Under the pieces are notes generated by a model. It made no database searches. It worked only from the letters and a program-made list of their open reading frames with translations, and was not told the origin of the DNA. A stretch of DNA of 64,000 bases from Candidatus Tectimicrobiota bacterium (lineage in GTDB: Bacteria; JACPUC01): positions 186,001-250,000 of the forward strand of contig JACPUC010000008.1 of assembly GCA_016192455.1 (NCBI GenBank), written 5' to 3'. Shown here piece by piece: positions 28,426 through 37,977 of this stretch (its first letter is position 1; each line of letters opens with the position of its first letter). The translations under genes and the position numbers were made by a program.

Positions 28426-28742
28426 GGCGCCTCGACATGCCTGCGGCGCTTCCGGTTCGTGCCTTCGGGGGCGCGCCGTCGCGCTGCGCGAGAGCCGGCC
28501 CGCGCTGCCTTGACAGGCAAGGAGCAGTTCGACTAGCGTGGCGCCTGCCGCGGCCGAGAGCAGGCTGCGCGGGTATCGTTGCAAGGATCGGAGGCGCTTG
28601 GTCCGGCCCGCCGTTGCCAGGGGCCAAACAGCCCTGCTCGTCACCATCCTTGCGTGCGAGCGCGGGCCACGCCCCTCGCTCCCGTGGCGGCTCAGTATGC
28701 CGCGTCGAGGCCCGGTCTTTTCTCTTGAGGACCTGCCTGCCA

Positions 28743-29465
28743 GTGTCGAGGTTCGTGGCGTTCAACATCGCGATCTTCTTCTCCGCTGTCGTGGGGGGGA
28801 CGCTCCCTCTCCTGATCAGTTGGTCGGACCGTGTCCTGCACCTCTTCCTTGCCTTAACCACCGGCATTTTTCTCGGCGCGGTATTCCTACACCTGATCCC
28901 CGAGCTGGCGCATCAGGACCCAGGGATCACGAGCTGGCTCCTCGTCCTTGGCGGCCTCCTCATCGTCTACGCTCTTGAAACCCTCATCTTCCCCACTCGC
29001 TACGCCAGTACCGAGGAATCCCACAAGCTCGTCGGCTATGCGACGCTGGCCGGGCTGTCGGTGCACAGCTATGCCGACGGTCAGGCGCTGGCGGCCGGGT
29101 TCCTCCTGCCGTCCCTCGGCATGCCCATCTTCCTCTCCATCGTGACGCACAAGGTGGCGGAGACGTTCTCCCTCTGCACGGTCTTTGAGCTTGCCGAGAT
29201 GAGCCGCAGGAAGACCATCGTGCTGCTGGGCGTGTTCAGCTTGATCACGCCTCTGGGAGCGGCCTCCGGCTACGTCTTCTTTGCGGGAAGCGGGGGACCT
29301 CTCCACTTCGTGATCCCCACCGCGATCGCCACCGGCACGTTCCTCTACGTGGCGCTCTGCGACCTCATGCCCGAGGTCTTCCATCGACCCCACGACAACG
29401 CTGCCAAGCTCCTCCTGCTCCTCGTCGGCGCGGCGTTCATGTTGGCGCTGCGCGCGATCGAGTAG
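28743..29465 (+). CDS. ZIP family divalent metal transporter
   Basis: FLHLIPE, HSYADG, HKVAE, SLITPLG, GTFLYVA.DLMPE; start approximate (GTG 28743 or 28755). Confidence 0.88.
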   Translation: MSRFVAFNIAIFFSAVVGGTLPLLISWSDRVLHLFLALTTGIFLGAVFLHLIPELAHQDPGITSWLLVLGGLLIVYALETLIFPTRYASTEESHKLVGYATLAGLSVHSYADGQALAAGFLLPSLGMPIFLSIVTHKVAETFSLCTVFELAEMSRRKTIVLLGVFSLITPLGAASGYVFFAGSGGPLHFVIPTAIATGTFLYVALCDLMPEVFHRPHDNAAKLLLLLVGAAFMLALRAIE

Positions 29466-29697
29466 GGACACGTCGCAGCGCCAGCCCACCCGGAACGCCC
29501 GGCATGCGGTCCCTCGCCCTCTCTGGCCGGGGTCGAGGGGTTTCTTGACGCTGCCGGCTTCAGGCCGTACCTTTGAGCGATGAACGAGGACCGGCGCCGC
29601 GGGTTCACCATCTGGAGCTCGGCGCCGCAAGGCCACACGGGACGTGCCCGCGCCGCAGCAGGGCCGCAGAGAGGCACCCCACAAGAGGAGGCAGGAC

Positions 29698-30450
29698 ATG
29701 CGGTTTGACGGGAAGGTGGCGTTCATCACGGGTGGGGCAAGCGGCATTGGCGCGGCAACCTGCACCACATTCGGTGGGCGCGGCGCCACGGTCATTGTGA
29801 CCGACATCAACGATGCGGGGGCCAAGCAGACGGTGGCGGCCATCGAGAATGCTGGCGGCAAGGCCGAAGCGCAGCACATGGACGTAACCAACCGCGACGA
29901 AGTGGTGCGCGTGGTGCAGCGCGTTGTCGAGAAACAGGGCAAGATCGATATCCTCGTCAATATCGCCGGCTGGGATATCGTGGAGCCGTTCATCGACAGC
30001 AAGCCGGAGACCTGGGAGAAGGTCCTGGGCATCAACCTGCGGGGTCCGATCAACGTCACCCACGCGGTGCTGAAGGGGATGATCGAGCGTCAGTCCGGGG
30101 TGATCATCAGCGTCAGCTCCGACGCCGGACGCAACGGCTCCATGGGCGAAGCGGTCTACTCCGGCGCCAAGGGCGGCATCATCGGCTTCACCAAGACCAT
30201 CGCCCGCGAGACGGCGCGCTTCGGCATCCGGGTGAACTGTGTCTGCCCGGGGCCGACGGAGACGCCGCTGCTGGAGACGGTGTTCCAGAAGATGCCGAAG
30301 GTGCGGGAGTCGATCCTCAAGGCCATCCCGCTGCGGCGCTTCGGGCAGCCGCAAGACCCCGCCAACGCCATCGCCTTCATGGCCTCCGACCTGGCGAGCT
30401 ACATCACCGGCCAGACGCTCAGCGTCTCCGGCGGCCTGACGATGTTCTAG
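29698..30450 (+). CDS. Short-chain dehydrogenase/reductase (BadH / 2-hydroxycyclohexanecarboxyl-CoA dehydrogenase-like)
   Basis: TGGASGIG, VNIAGWD, SSDAGR, YSGAKGG, CPGPTET; AGGAGG RBS. Confidence 0.9.
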   Translation: MRFDGKVAFITGGASGIGAATCTTFGGRGATVIVTDINDAGAKQTVAAIENAGGKAEAQHMDVTNRDEVVRVVQRVVEKQGKIDILVNIAGWDIVEPFIDSKPETWEKVLGINLRGPINVTHAVLKGMIERQSGVIISVSSDAGRNGSMGEAVYSGAKGGIIGFTKTIARETARFGIRVNCVCPGPTETPLLETVFQKMPKVRESILKAIPLRRFGQPQDPANAIAFMASDLASYITGQTLSVSGGLTMF

Positions 30451-30477
30451 GCGGAGCCGGGGGGGCACATCATGACA

Positions 30478-30503
30478 AAAGGCCGGGCAGATGTCCGGCC
30501 TTT
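30478..30503 (+). terminator. Hairpin terminator candidate after the SDR gene
   Basis: AAAGGCCGGGCA-GA-TGTCCGGCCTTT stem-loop with A/T tails. Confidence 0.55.
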
Positions 30504-30569
30504 CGCCGCTCGCGTCGCCGCTTCCCGAACGTCGTCGAACACTCCTTGGTATTGGTGCTTCACCCGTCC

Positions 30570-31250
30570 CTCCACGCCCTCTGCGTCTCGGCGGTGCAAT
30601 CCTTTTCACCGCAGAGGCGCGGAGAGCGCAGAGGGGTGGACCATGCTGCCAGCCCATCGACCGTAGCGCAGAGGGGTGGACCATGCTGCCAGCCCATCGA
30701 CCGTAGGGGCGGTTCGCGAACCGCCCCTCCCTCAGCACGCAAGGGGCCGCCGAGCTACACGGGCATCAGTGTGCATCCGTGTTCATCCGTGGTTCACCCT
30801 GCCTCCGCGTCCTCTGCGTCTCAGCGGTGCAATCCTTTTCACCGCAGAGGCGCGGAGAGCGCAGAGGGGTGGACCATGCTGCCAGCCCATCGACCGTAGG
30901 GGCGGTTCGCGAACCGCCCCTCCCTCAGCGCGCAAGGGGCCGCCGAGCTACACGGGCATCAGTGTGCATCCGTGTTCATCCGTGGTTCACCCTGCCTCCG
31001 CGTCCTCTGCGTCTCGGCGGTGGAATCCATTTCACCGCAGAGGCGCAGAGATCGCAGAGAGGGAGGACAGGTTGCCAGCCTGGCGAACAGAGAACCACTG
31101 ATGAACACCGATGAACACCGATCTCAGTGTGCATCCGTGTCCATCTGTGGTTCACCCTGCCTCCGCGTCCTCTGCGTCTCAGCGGTGCAATCCTTTTCAC
31201 CGCAGAGGCGCGGAGAGCGCAGAGAGGGAGGACAGGCTTCCAGCCTATCT
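30570..31250. repeat. Composite REP/BIME-like palindromic repeat array
   Basis: Four copies of the CCTCTGCGTCTC(A/G)GCGGTG...CACCGCAGAGGCGC(G/A)GAG hairpin (~30578, 30811, 31004, 31169); GTAGGGGCGGTTCGCGAACCGCCCCT at 30703 and 30896; 193-bp period; 40-bp tandem duplication at 30625-30704. Confidence 0.9.
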
Positions 31251-31377
31251 AACAGAGGACAGGACCATCAGCCTCGTCATTGTGTGAAATCAACCGCTGC
31301 CGCGCCTATTTTCGAGTCAGGCATCCTGCCTGTCACCCGAGCAAGCCCGTGGCGCCCCTGCGACGCGCCAACTCCGC

Positions 31378-32850
31378 TCAATCCAGCCCGAACTGGCTCC
31401 AGATGCCGCGGATGCGCTGCAGGTCCTTCTCGCCCGGCCTGGAGGTCTCCGGCGTGGCGCGGCTGCGGCCGGCCTCGCTGGCGAACTTCTTGGTGGCGTC
31501 GATGCCCATCTTGCTGCAGAGGTTGAAGTCGGTGTAGCCCAACTCCGGCCCCTTCGGCAGGCGGGCGCGGGCCGCCGGGTTGAGGGCGTTGACGGCCACC
31601 GGCGGCAGGATCAGGACGTCGAGCTCCGGGTCGCAGCGCGTGGTGACGGCCCACATCACCTCTTCGAGGCTGTAGATGTCCACATCCTCGTCAACCACGA
31701 TCGCCTGATTGAGGATGCTCATCCCGAAACCCGATCCCAGGGCGGTGAGGAGGGCTTGCTTGCCCCAGCCGGGGTAGCGCTTCTTAATCTGAATGACGAC
31801 GAGCAGCATGCGCCCGGCCATCGGGAAGAAGGCGTCGCGGAAGCCGACGATCTCGCGCTTCATCTTGTTGTACCAGGCGGTCGGCTGCGGGTAGTGGAGG
31901 GCCAGGCACTCGCTGGCGTAGTGCGCCGAGGTGGTCGAGACGTAGGAGGGGTGCCGGCGCATGGTGATGCACCGCAGCTTGAAGATCGGCTGGTTCATCT
32001 GTTCGCCGGCGTACCCCGTGAACTCGCCGAAGGGACCCTCCAGGCGCGACGCCTCGAGGTGCACCTGGCCCTCGAGGACGATCTCGCTGCTGGCCGGCAC
32101 CTCCATCTCGATCGTCTCGCAGTGCACCAGCTCCACCGGCCTGCCGGTGAGGGCGCCCACGAAGCGGAACTCGCAGTCGCGCCCCACCTCCGGCATCTTC
32201 ATCACCGCCGCCAGGTAGAGGGCGGGATCGAAGCCGATGGCGACGGCGAGGTCCATGGTCTTCTGGCCGCGCTGCTTGGCCCGGGCCGCGAAGATGCCGC
32301 CGTCCTGCGCCGCGTTCGCCACGAAGCCGGTGGTGCCGCGGTCGTGGATCATCATGCGGTACATGCCGAAATTGTGGCCCCACTCCGGGTCCCTCAGGAC
32401 GCAGCCAGGCAGGGTGATGTAGGGTCCGCCGTCGCTAGGGTGCCAGCGGAACACCGGCAACAGGCCGAGGTCCGCCCCCTCCCCCTTCAGGATGACCTCC
32501 TTGCAGGGGGCGTCCTTGACGATGACCGGGTCGATCCACCTCGACTGGTCGTGGGTGAGCGGCATGATGTGCTCGCGGATTTCCTTGTAGCGGTGCTGCC
32601 CGCGCCACGCTTCCATGCCCGCCGCCAGCGCCCAGCGCTCGAGGGAGCCGTAGACGTTCTTCACCAGCGGCATGGCGCGGCCCTTGACGTTCTCGAAGAT
32701 CACCACCGGCGCCTGACTGCCGCGGCGGTTGTAGAGCTCCCACATGATCGCCCCAACGTCCGCCTCGCCGTCCACCTCTTGCTTGATCCGCTTGACGTCG
32801 CCTTCGGCTTCCAGGTAAGTGAGCATCTCGCGCATTGACGGGAAGAACAT
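31378..32850 (-). CDS. UbiD family (prFMN-dependent) decarboxylase
   Basis: DGGPYIT, NFGMYRM, AIGFDP, EIVLEG, EGPFGEFTGY, VVDEDVD, KMGIDAT. Confidence 0.93.
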   Translation of the reverse strand: MFFPSMREMLTYLEAEGDVKRIKQEVDGEADVGAIMWELYNRRGSQAPVVIFENVKGRAMPLVKNVYGSLERWALAAGMEAWRGQHRYKEIREHIMPLTHDQSRWIDPVIVKDAPCKEVILKGEGADLGLLPVFRWHPSDGGPYITLPGCVLRDPEWGHNFGMYRMMIHDRGTTGFVANAAQDGGIFAARAKQRGQKTMDLAVAIGFDPALYLAAVMKMPEVGRDCEFRFVGALTGRPVELVHCETIEMEVPASSEIVLEGQVHLEASRLEGPFGEFTGYAGEQMNQPIFKLRCITMRRHPSYVSTTSAHYASECLALHYPQPTAWYNKMKREIVGFRDAFFPMAGRMLLVVIQIKKRYPGWGKQALLTALGSGFGMSILNQAIVVDEDVDIYSLEEVMWAVTTRCDPELDVLILPPVAVNALNPAARARLPKGPELGYTDFNLCSKMGIDATKKFASEAGRSRATPETSRPGEKDLQRIRGIWSQFGLD

Positions 32851-33123
32851 GGTGCGGCGCGCTCCTCTCTCGCATCGTCCAGACGCTGGCTCCACCCGGC
32901 AGCGGCCTCCCCGCCCGCAGCGCCTCGGGAGATTAGGCCGTCCTCGTTAGCTAAAGTATGAACCCTTCCCCGCCGACCCCGCCACCGGGTAAGGTGAAAA
33001 TATGCCTGGCAGGGAAAGGGTGACGTGAGCGGTTCGGCGTCTCTTATTCGGGGAGCGTCCAGCAAGGATTTTCAATTGTCTCAGGGCGCGGCAACAGGCT
33101 GGAGAGAGGAGTGAGCCCCGCGT

Positions 33124-33933
33124 ATGGCGGCTGAGCACCGTTCGCCCCAAAAAGCGCAGCAGCCTGGCGCGGCAGACGCCAGGAAAGCCGCCCTGCGCCG
33201 CCAGGCCTGGGAGGCGATGACGCGCGCGGGCGTGGCGCGCTTCCCCGGCGCCGCCGGGCGCATCCCGAACTTCACCGGCGCCGAGGCTTGCGCGCGCCTC
33301 CTGGCAGAACTCCCGGAGTGGCAGGCGGCGCGCACCGTGAAGGCCAACCCCGACGCGCCGCAGCGCGCCATCCGCCGCCTGGCGCTGGACGACGGCAAGA
33401 CGGTCTTCATGGCCGTTCCCCGGCTGCGCGAGCCGGCCCCCTTCATCCGCCTCGATCCGGCCCTCCTGCAGGGGAAGCATCACGAGGCGTCGAGCATCAA
33501 GGGCGCCTTCGCCCTCGGCCAACCTGTCCGCCTCGATGACATGCCGCCGATCGACATCGTCGTCTGTGGCTCGGTGGCGGTGAACCGCGGCGGCGCGCGG
33601 CTGGGGAAGGGGGGAGGCTACTCCGACCTCGAGTTCGCCCTCCTCGCCGAGCGCGGACGGATCAGCGACCGCACCGTCATCCTTACCACCGTGCATCCGA
33701 TCCAGGTGCTCGGCGACCTGCTGCTTGGTGACGGGGAGGACGACATCCCCATGCTCGCCCACGACTTTCCCCTCGACCTCATCGTCACGCCGCGGGAGGT
33801 CATTCGCATCGAGCGCCGGCGACGCGGCGGCCACCCGCGCCCCCGCGGCATTATCCCGGACATCCTGCCCGAGGAGAAGCGCCAGGCGATTCCCGTGCTG
33901 CGGGAGCTCTTTGGGCAACGGAGGAACGCATAG
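33124..33933 (+). CDS. 5-formyltetrahydrofolate cyclo-ligase paralog (COG0212/MTHFSD type)
   Basis: GRIPNFTGA, KANPDAPQ, GSVAV, RLGKGGGYSDLE, TTVHPIQV, HDFPLDLIVTP. Confidence 0.88.
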   Translation: MAAEHRSPQKAQQPGAADARKAALRRQAWEAMTRAGVARFPGAAGRIPNFTGAEACARLLAELPEWQAARTVKANPDAPQRAIRRLALDDGKTVFMAVPRLREPAPFIRLDPALLQGKHHEASSIKGAFALGQPVRLDDMPPIDIVVCGSVAVNRGGARLGKGGGYSDLEFALLAERGRISDRTVILTTVHPIQVLGDLLLGDGEDDIPMLAHDFPLDLIVTPREVIRIERRRRGGHPRPRGIIPDILPEEKRQAIPVLRELFGQRRNA

Positions 33934-34095
33934 AAGATATTTTGGCTGGATGCTTGAACCCCAAGGCTTCCTCGCCCCGGGCGCGGAGCAGAGGCGGAAG
34001 GGCCCCACGGGGCGCCGGCGGCTCCCACCTCGGCGCTGGGCAGGCCGCCCCTGCCGGGCGCCCCGCTGCCGCTCCCCCTGCGCCCCGGGCGGCGC

Positions 34096-34605
34096 CTACT
34101 TCGGTTTCGCCTCCCCTTTCTCCGGCGCGCCGCCCCGCAGGCCGCCGCGGATGCCTTCCAGGATCACCGGCGCCAACGCCTCGGCCATGCTGCCAAGGGC
34201 GCCGCGCTTCACGTGCAGCAGCTCGACGCCTTTGTCCGTCACCACGAGGATCGCCTCGGGCGTCACCCCCGCTCCCGCGCCGCCGCCCCCACCGACGCCC
34301 TCAGGGGATTGCCCGCCGGAGGTGAATGACGGACCCGTCCCCGAGCCGCCGCCCGCACCCAGCCCAAACCCCACCGAGGCTACCGGGATGATGATCACGC
34401 CTTTCACCTCGCGCCCCTGCCCGAGGACCTTGTCCGCGTTGAGGATGGGCCGCAGCTCCTCCATGAGGGTACGCAGGGTGGCGTCCAAAACCAACGGGCT
34501 CCCCTTGGCGGCAGGCTGCTGCGCCAGGAGGGGTGCGCTGCCCAGCAAGACAGCCAGGGTGACGCCGAGAACTCGTGCGCTCCGTTTGACGATGGTGCGT
34601 GGCAT
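34096..34605 (-). CDS. YtfJ/GerW-family protein with signal peptide
   Basis: IIIPVASVGFGLGAGGG...GGGGGAGAGVTPEAILVV; N-terminal signal-like sequence. Confidence 0.8.
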   Translation of the reverse strand: MPRTIVKRSARVLGVTLAVLLGSAPLLAQQPAAKGSPLVLDATLRTLMEELRPILNADKVLGQGREVKGVIIIPVASVGFGLGAGGGSGTGPSFTSGGQSPEGVGGGGGAGAGVTPEAILVVTDKGVELLHVKRGALGSMAEALAPVILEGIRGGLRGGAPEKGEAKPK

Positions 34606-34665
34606 CAGAGTTCCTCCAACATGTCAATGATCGGCTCGATGTGGGGCGCTGGCCGCAGCCGCTCC

Positions 34666-35667
34666 TCATGCGGCCAACCGGCGGGTCCCAAATCCGCTCG
34701 CCGCGCAGGCGCCGATCCCGACGACCGCCAGGAGCGCCCAGAGCATCCAGCCGAGGTACGGCACGAAACCAATCAGACTCACCGCGAGGGCCCCAACGAG
34801 CGCACCCAGGACCCGCCGCTCTCCCGCCAGGGGACGGCCGATGAGCAACGCCAGGGCCACCATCCCGAAGAGCTTCAGAACCAGGCCGAGGAGCGCCACG
34901 ACGGCCAGCGCCGGAATGCCGGCCACCGAGACGAGGAGCAGCGCGCCGAGCGCCACCAGGGCGGCGATCATCACGAGACCCAGCAGGAAGGCGCGGACCG
35001 GACGCCTGCCGCCATAGAGCGCAACACCCTCGATCTGGTTCGGAAAGAGGGCGCTGGCGAGCACCGCCAAGCCGAGCCAACCGAGGTAAAAGAGCACCAG
35101 GAGGCGGAAGGGCCAGGGGATGATGCCGAAGCGCAGACCCTGCTCCGGCGCCAAATCGAGGAGGCGCAGGAGGGCGGCGAGGGTGCGCGAGCCCGTTCCG
35201 CGCTCCGGCGGGGCGGCTGCCCTGGGCTCCCGGAGCATCTGCCAGGCCAGCGGCAGGGAGGCCTCCAGCACCTGGGTGACGAACCCTTTGCGGATTGGAA
35301 AAAACTGCACCGAGGTGGAAGAGAGGACAAGGAGGCCGACCGGCGAGACGAGGCCGCCGCGCAGCTTGCTCGGCGCCTCTCCGGCGGCGGGCGGCCGGGC
35401 CTCGGGCGCCGGGCCGGGAGCTGCCGCCGCGACCGCCATGGTGACGACGGGGATGATCGTATACCCCCGCACCTCCACGGGGCTGCCGAGGGTGACGCCG
35501 GGGGGAAGGGCCTGGAGCGAGGACGCCGCTCTTTTCTCTGCCTGAGGAAACGCCGCGCGGGAGACCGTGAAGGTACCCAGGAAGGCCGCCAGGAGGACGC
35601 CGAGGAGCCACCCCATGCGCCGCCTGCCGCTGGCGGTGCGCCATTGACGCTGCGCCCTGTGGAGCAT
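34666..35667 (-). CDS. Membrane protein with N-terminal YtfJ-like domain and C-terminal multi-TM domain
   Basis: LGSPVEVRGYTIIPV...GGLVSPVGLLVL, then about 6 TM helices ending FVPYLGW; start uncertain (35616-35760). Confidence 0.65.
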   Translation of the reverse strand: MLHRAQRQWRTASGRRRMGWLLGVLLAAFLGTFTVSRAAFPQAEKRAASSLQALPPGVTLGSPVEVRGYTIIPVVTMAVAAAAPGPAPEARPPAAGEAPSKLRGGLVSPVGLLVLSSTSVQFFPIRKGFVTQVLEASLPLAWQMLREPRAAAPPERGTGSRTLAALLRLLDLAPEQGLRFGIIPWPFRLLVLFYLGWLGLAVLASALFPNQIEGVALYGGRRPVRAFLLGLVMIAALVALGALLLVSVAGIPALAVVALLGLVLKLFGMVALALLIGRPLAGERRVLGALVGALAVSLIGFVPYLGWMLWALLAVVGIGACAASGFGTRRLAA

Positions 35668-36276
35668 CGCCTGCCCCTTCTCCGCGGCTCGGCGGTGGCG
35701 CGGGGGCGGCTTCTGGAGCGGTGCGCGCCTCCGCCCGACGGATCGCTTGCGCTGCCACATCGGGCGACCGGACGGGCTGCGCCCGGGGAGCGCCCCGCGC
35801 ATCCTTCCCCTGCTACGGCAGCGGCGTGGCGCGGACCACCCTTGCCCCCTGCCGTCGCCCGCCTCGCGCCGCCCGCGGCCATCCGCCCAAGCCGCATACT
35901 CCGGCGCTCGCCGGGGCTGGCGCTCATTGAGATCGACATCCAGCCAGGGGAATGAGTTCCTTGCCGACAGACGCCCCGGTGGAAAGGGTGCTCCGCCCAG
36001 CGCCCTGCTTCCCATCGCCAGCCAGTTCGGTGGATACTCTTCATCATGGTTGCTTTCTGGGTGGTCTGCAAGAAAAGATGACGCCTTGATGAGGGAGCGC
36101 GCTGAGAGATCGGTGAGGAGGCGCTGCCGCGGCAGGGCGAGGCGCGCCGAGCAGGTCCGGGCGATGCGCCCTCCCTGCCACTCACCAGCGTCGGGAGCGC
36201 TGCGGAAACCGGCGGAGAGAGGGAGCGGAGGGGCGCCCAGCCGCGGCGCCATGCCGACCGTATCCAGGAGGAGCTG

Positions 36277-36975
36277 ATGTCCATGTCGTCCGAGATGCGT
36301 CTCAGGCGGATCAACTACCGCCAGCTCACGCTGTTCATGGGGATCGGGCTGGCCGGCCTGTTGCTCTGGTTCACCCCGGTCATCCTGCCGTTCAAAATCT
36401 TCGTCGTCTTCCTCCACGAGACCTTCCATGCGCTGGCGGCGGTGGCGACCGGGGGGCGGGTGCTGGAGATGCAGGTGTCGATCTGGCAAAGCGGCTACGT
36501 GAAGAGCAGCGGCGGCGTCAGCGTTATCGTGGCCTCGGCTGGCTACGTGGGCAGCGCGGTGTTCGGCGGCCTCCTGCTCATCCTGGCGGCGCGGGACGAT
36601 CTGGCGCAGGCGCTCTTCGGGGTTCTCGCCGCGCTCTTCGCCATCGTCACCCTGCTCTTCGTGCGCAACGCCTTTGGCCTCTTCTTTGGTCTCGGGGCCA
36701 CCGCCCTCTTCGCCCTGCTGGCGTGGAAGAACCCGCCTTACTCAGCCTACTTCGTTGATGTGCTGGCGGTACTCTCCTCCCTCTATGCCATCTATGACCT
36801 GGCTGATTTCCTGCTTTACGGCGGCCCAACGGATGCCACGATCCTTGCCGCCGTCACGCATGTCCCGGCGACGATCTGGGCGATCCTCTGGACCGTCATC
36901 TCCTTCGTCGTGGTCTTCGCGTCGTTCCGCGTCGCGGTTCGGGCCAAGCCGCCCGCCGCTGGCGCGCCATCCTAG
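36277..36975 (+). CDS. M50B family membrane metallopeptidase
   Basis: HETFH (HExxH), SAGYVG, TDA motif, TM helices; AGGAGG RBS. Confidence 0.88.
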   Translation: MSMSSEMRLRRINYRQLTLFMGIGLAGLLLWFTPVILPFKIFVVFLHETFHALAAVATGGRVLEMQVSIWQSGYVKSSGGVSVIVASAGYVGSAVFGGLLLILAARDDLAQALFGVLAALFAIVTLLFVRNAFGLFFGLGATALFALLAWKNPPYSAYFVDVLAVLSSLYAIYDLADFLLYGGPTDATILAAVTHVPATIWAILWTVISFVVVFASFRVAVRAKPPAAGAPS

Positions 36976-37043
36976 GCCGCGCGCGTTACCGCGCCGGGCT
37001 GATGCGCGACCATGTTTCCGCAATCAGGGAGGACGCGCTCGCG

Positions 37044-37255
37044 ATGCTTGAAGCGACGTGGCTCAGCTCAGACATGCTCCGCTTCCTCGTGCTGCCCCTT
37101 CTCATCCTCCTCTCGAGGATCAGGTCAGCCTGTTTAACCCGAACTCGTATATCTCCGTGTTCGACGTGCGCTCGGTGAGCAATGGCGCACCCTCCACGGG
37201 GGTGTTGCAGAAGAACGTCCTCGGCACCATGCGCTCGTTCCGGAAAGCCAAGTAG
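37044..37255 (+). pseudogene. Internally deleted UPF0316/DUF2179-like gene remnant
   Basis: RBS plus MLEATWLSSDMLRFLVLPLLILLSRI in one frame, abutting FNPNSYISVFDVRSVSNG...FRKAK-stop in another frame; these resemble the two ends of the family. Confidence 0.55.
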
Positions 37256-37368
37256 GCCCGAACGCACAGCCCCGGACTGGTTTCGCGGCTCCTGCCGCCT
37301 CCTTGGCTCGCCTCCGCCGCCGCTGGGGCATCGTCTCGGTAGCGTGGAAGAAGAGCGGGGAAGGGAAC

Positions 37369-37977
37369 ATGTCCTCACCTTACATCGCCGCGATCATTCT
37401 CGGCCTCCTCCATGGCCTGGAACCCGGACACGGCTGGCCCGTAGCGGCGCTCTGGGCAACGCAACGGCGACGCGCGCCCTTGCAGGGGGTGCTGGCCGGA
37501 GCCGTGCTGTCGGCGTTCCACTTGATCTCGTCGCTTGCCGTGGTCGCGGCGTTCATCCTCTTCGCGCGCGCCTTCTGGCTGGGCAACACGGCTCTGCTGC
37601 GTTACGCCGCGGCGGCAACGCTCTTCGGGCTTGCGGCGCTGTCATGGCGGCGGGCCAATCACCACCATCCGCGGGAACGACACCCGGCTACGCTGGCGGA
37701 GTTTGCAGCCTTTGCCTTTGTTCTCGGTTTTGTTCACGAGGAAGAGTTCGCAGTGCTGGCGCTCTGCGCCTCCCGGCCGGCGGGGGTGGGTTGCTTCTGG
37801 CTCATGCTGGTGTACGCTCTGGCGGTCTCCGCGGCCATCATGGTCCTGACGCTGGCGGCCCTCCGCGCGCTCACGCGCTTCGAGCGCCAGCGGCACCTCC
37901 TGGAGCATCGCCTGCCGCGCGTCATGGCCGTGGTGCTGGCGCTCCTCGGTATCCTCAGCCTCCTCGGCTGGCTCTAG
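37369..37977 (+). CDS. Nickel/cobalt transporter-like membrane protein
   Basis: LGLLHGLEPGHGWP and GFVHEEEF motifs, HHH loop, about 6 TM helices. Confidence 0.7.
   Translation: MSSPYIAAIILGLLHGLEPGHGWPVAALWATQRRRAPLQGVLAGAVLSAFHLISSLAVVAAFILFARAFWLGNTALLRYAAAATLFGLAALSWRRANHHHPRERHPATLAEFAAFAFVLGFVHEEEFAVLALCASRPAGVGCFWLMLVYALAVSAAIMVLTLAALRALTRFERQRHLLEHRLPRVMAVVLALLGILSLLGWL

Noticed and set aside
30570-31250. CRISPR array
   Set aside because: The intervening sequences are themselves repeated, the period is 165-233 bp and there are no cas genes.
30472-31526. Short ORFs across the repeat array
   Set aside because: They are translations of the palindromic repeats (REPPL, SAVQSFSPQRR), not credible proteins.
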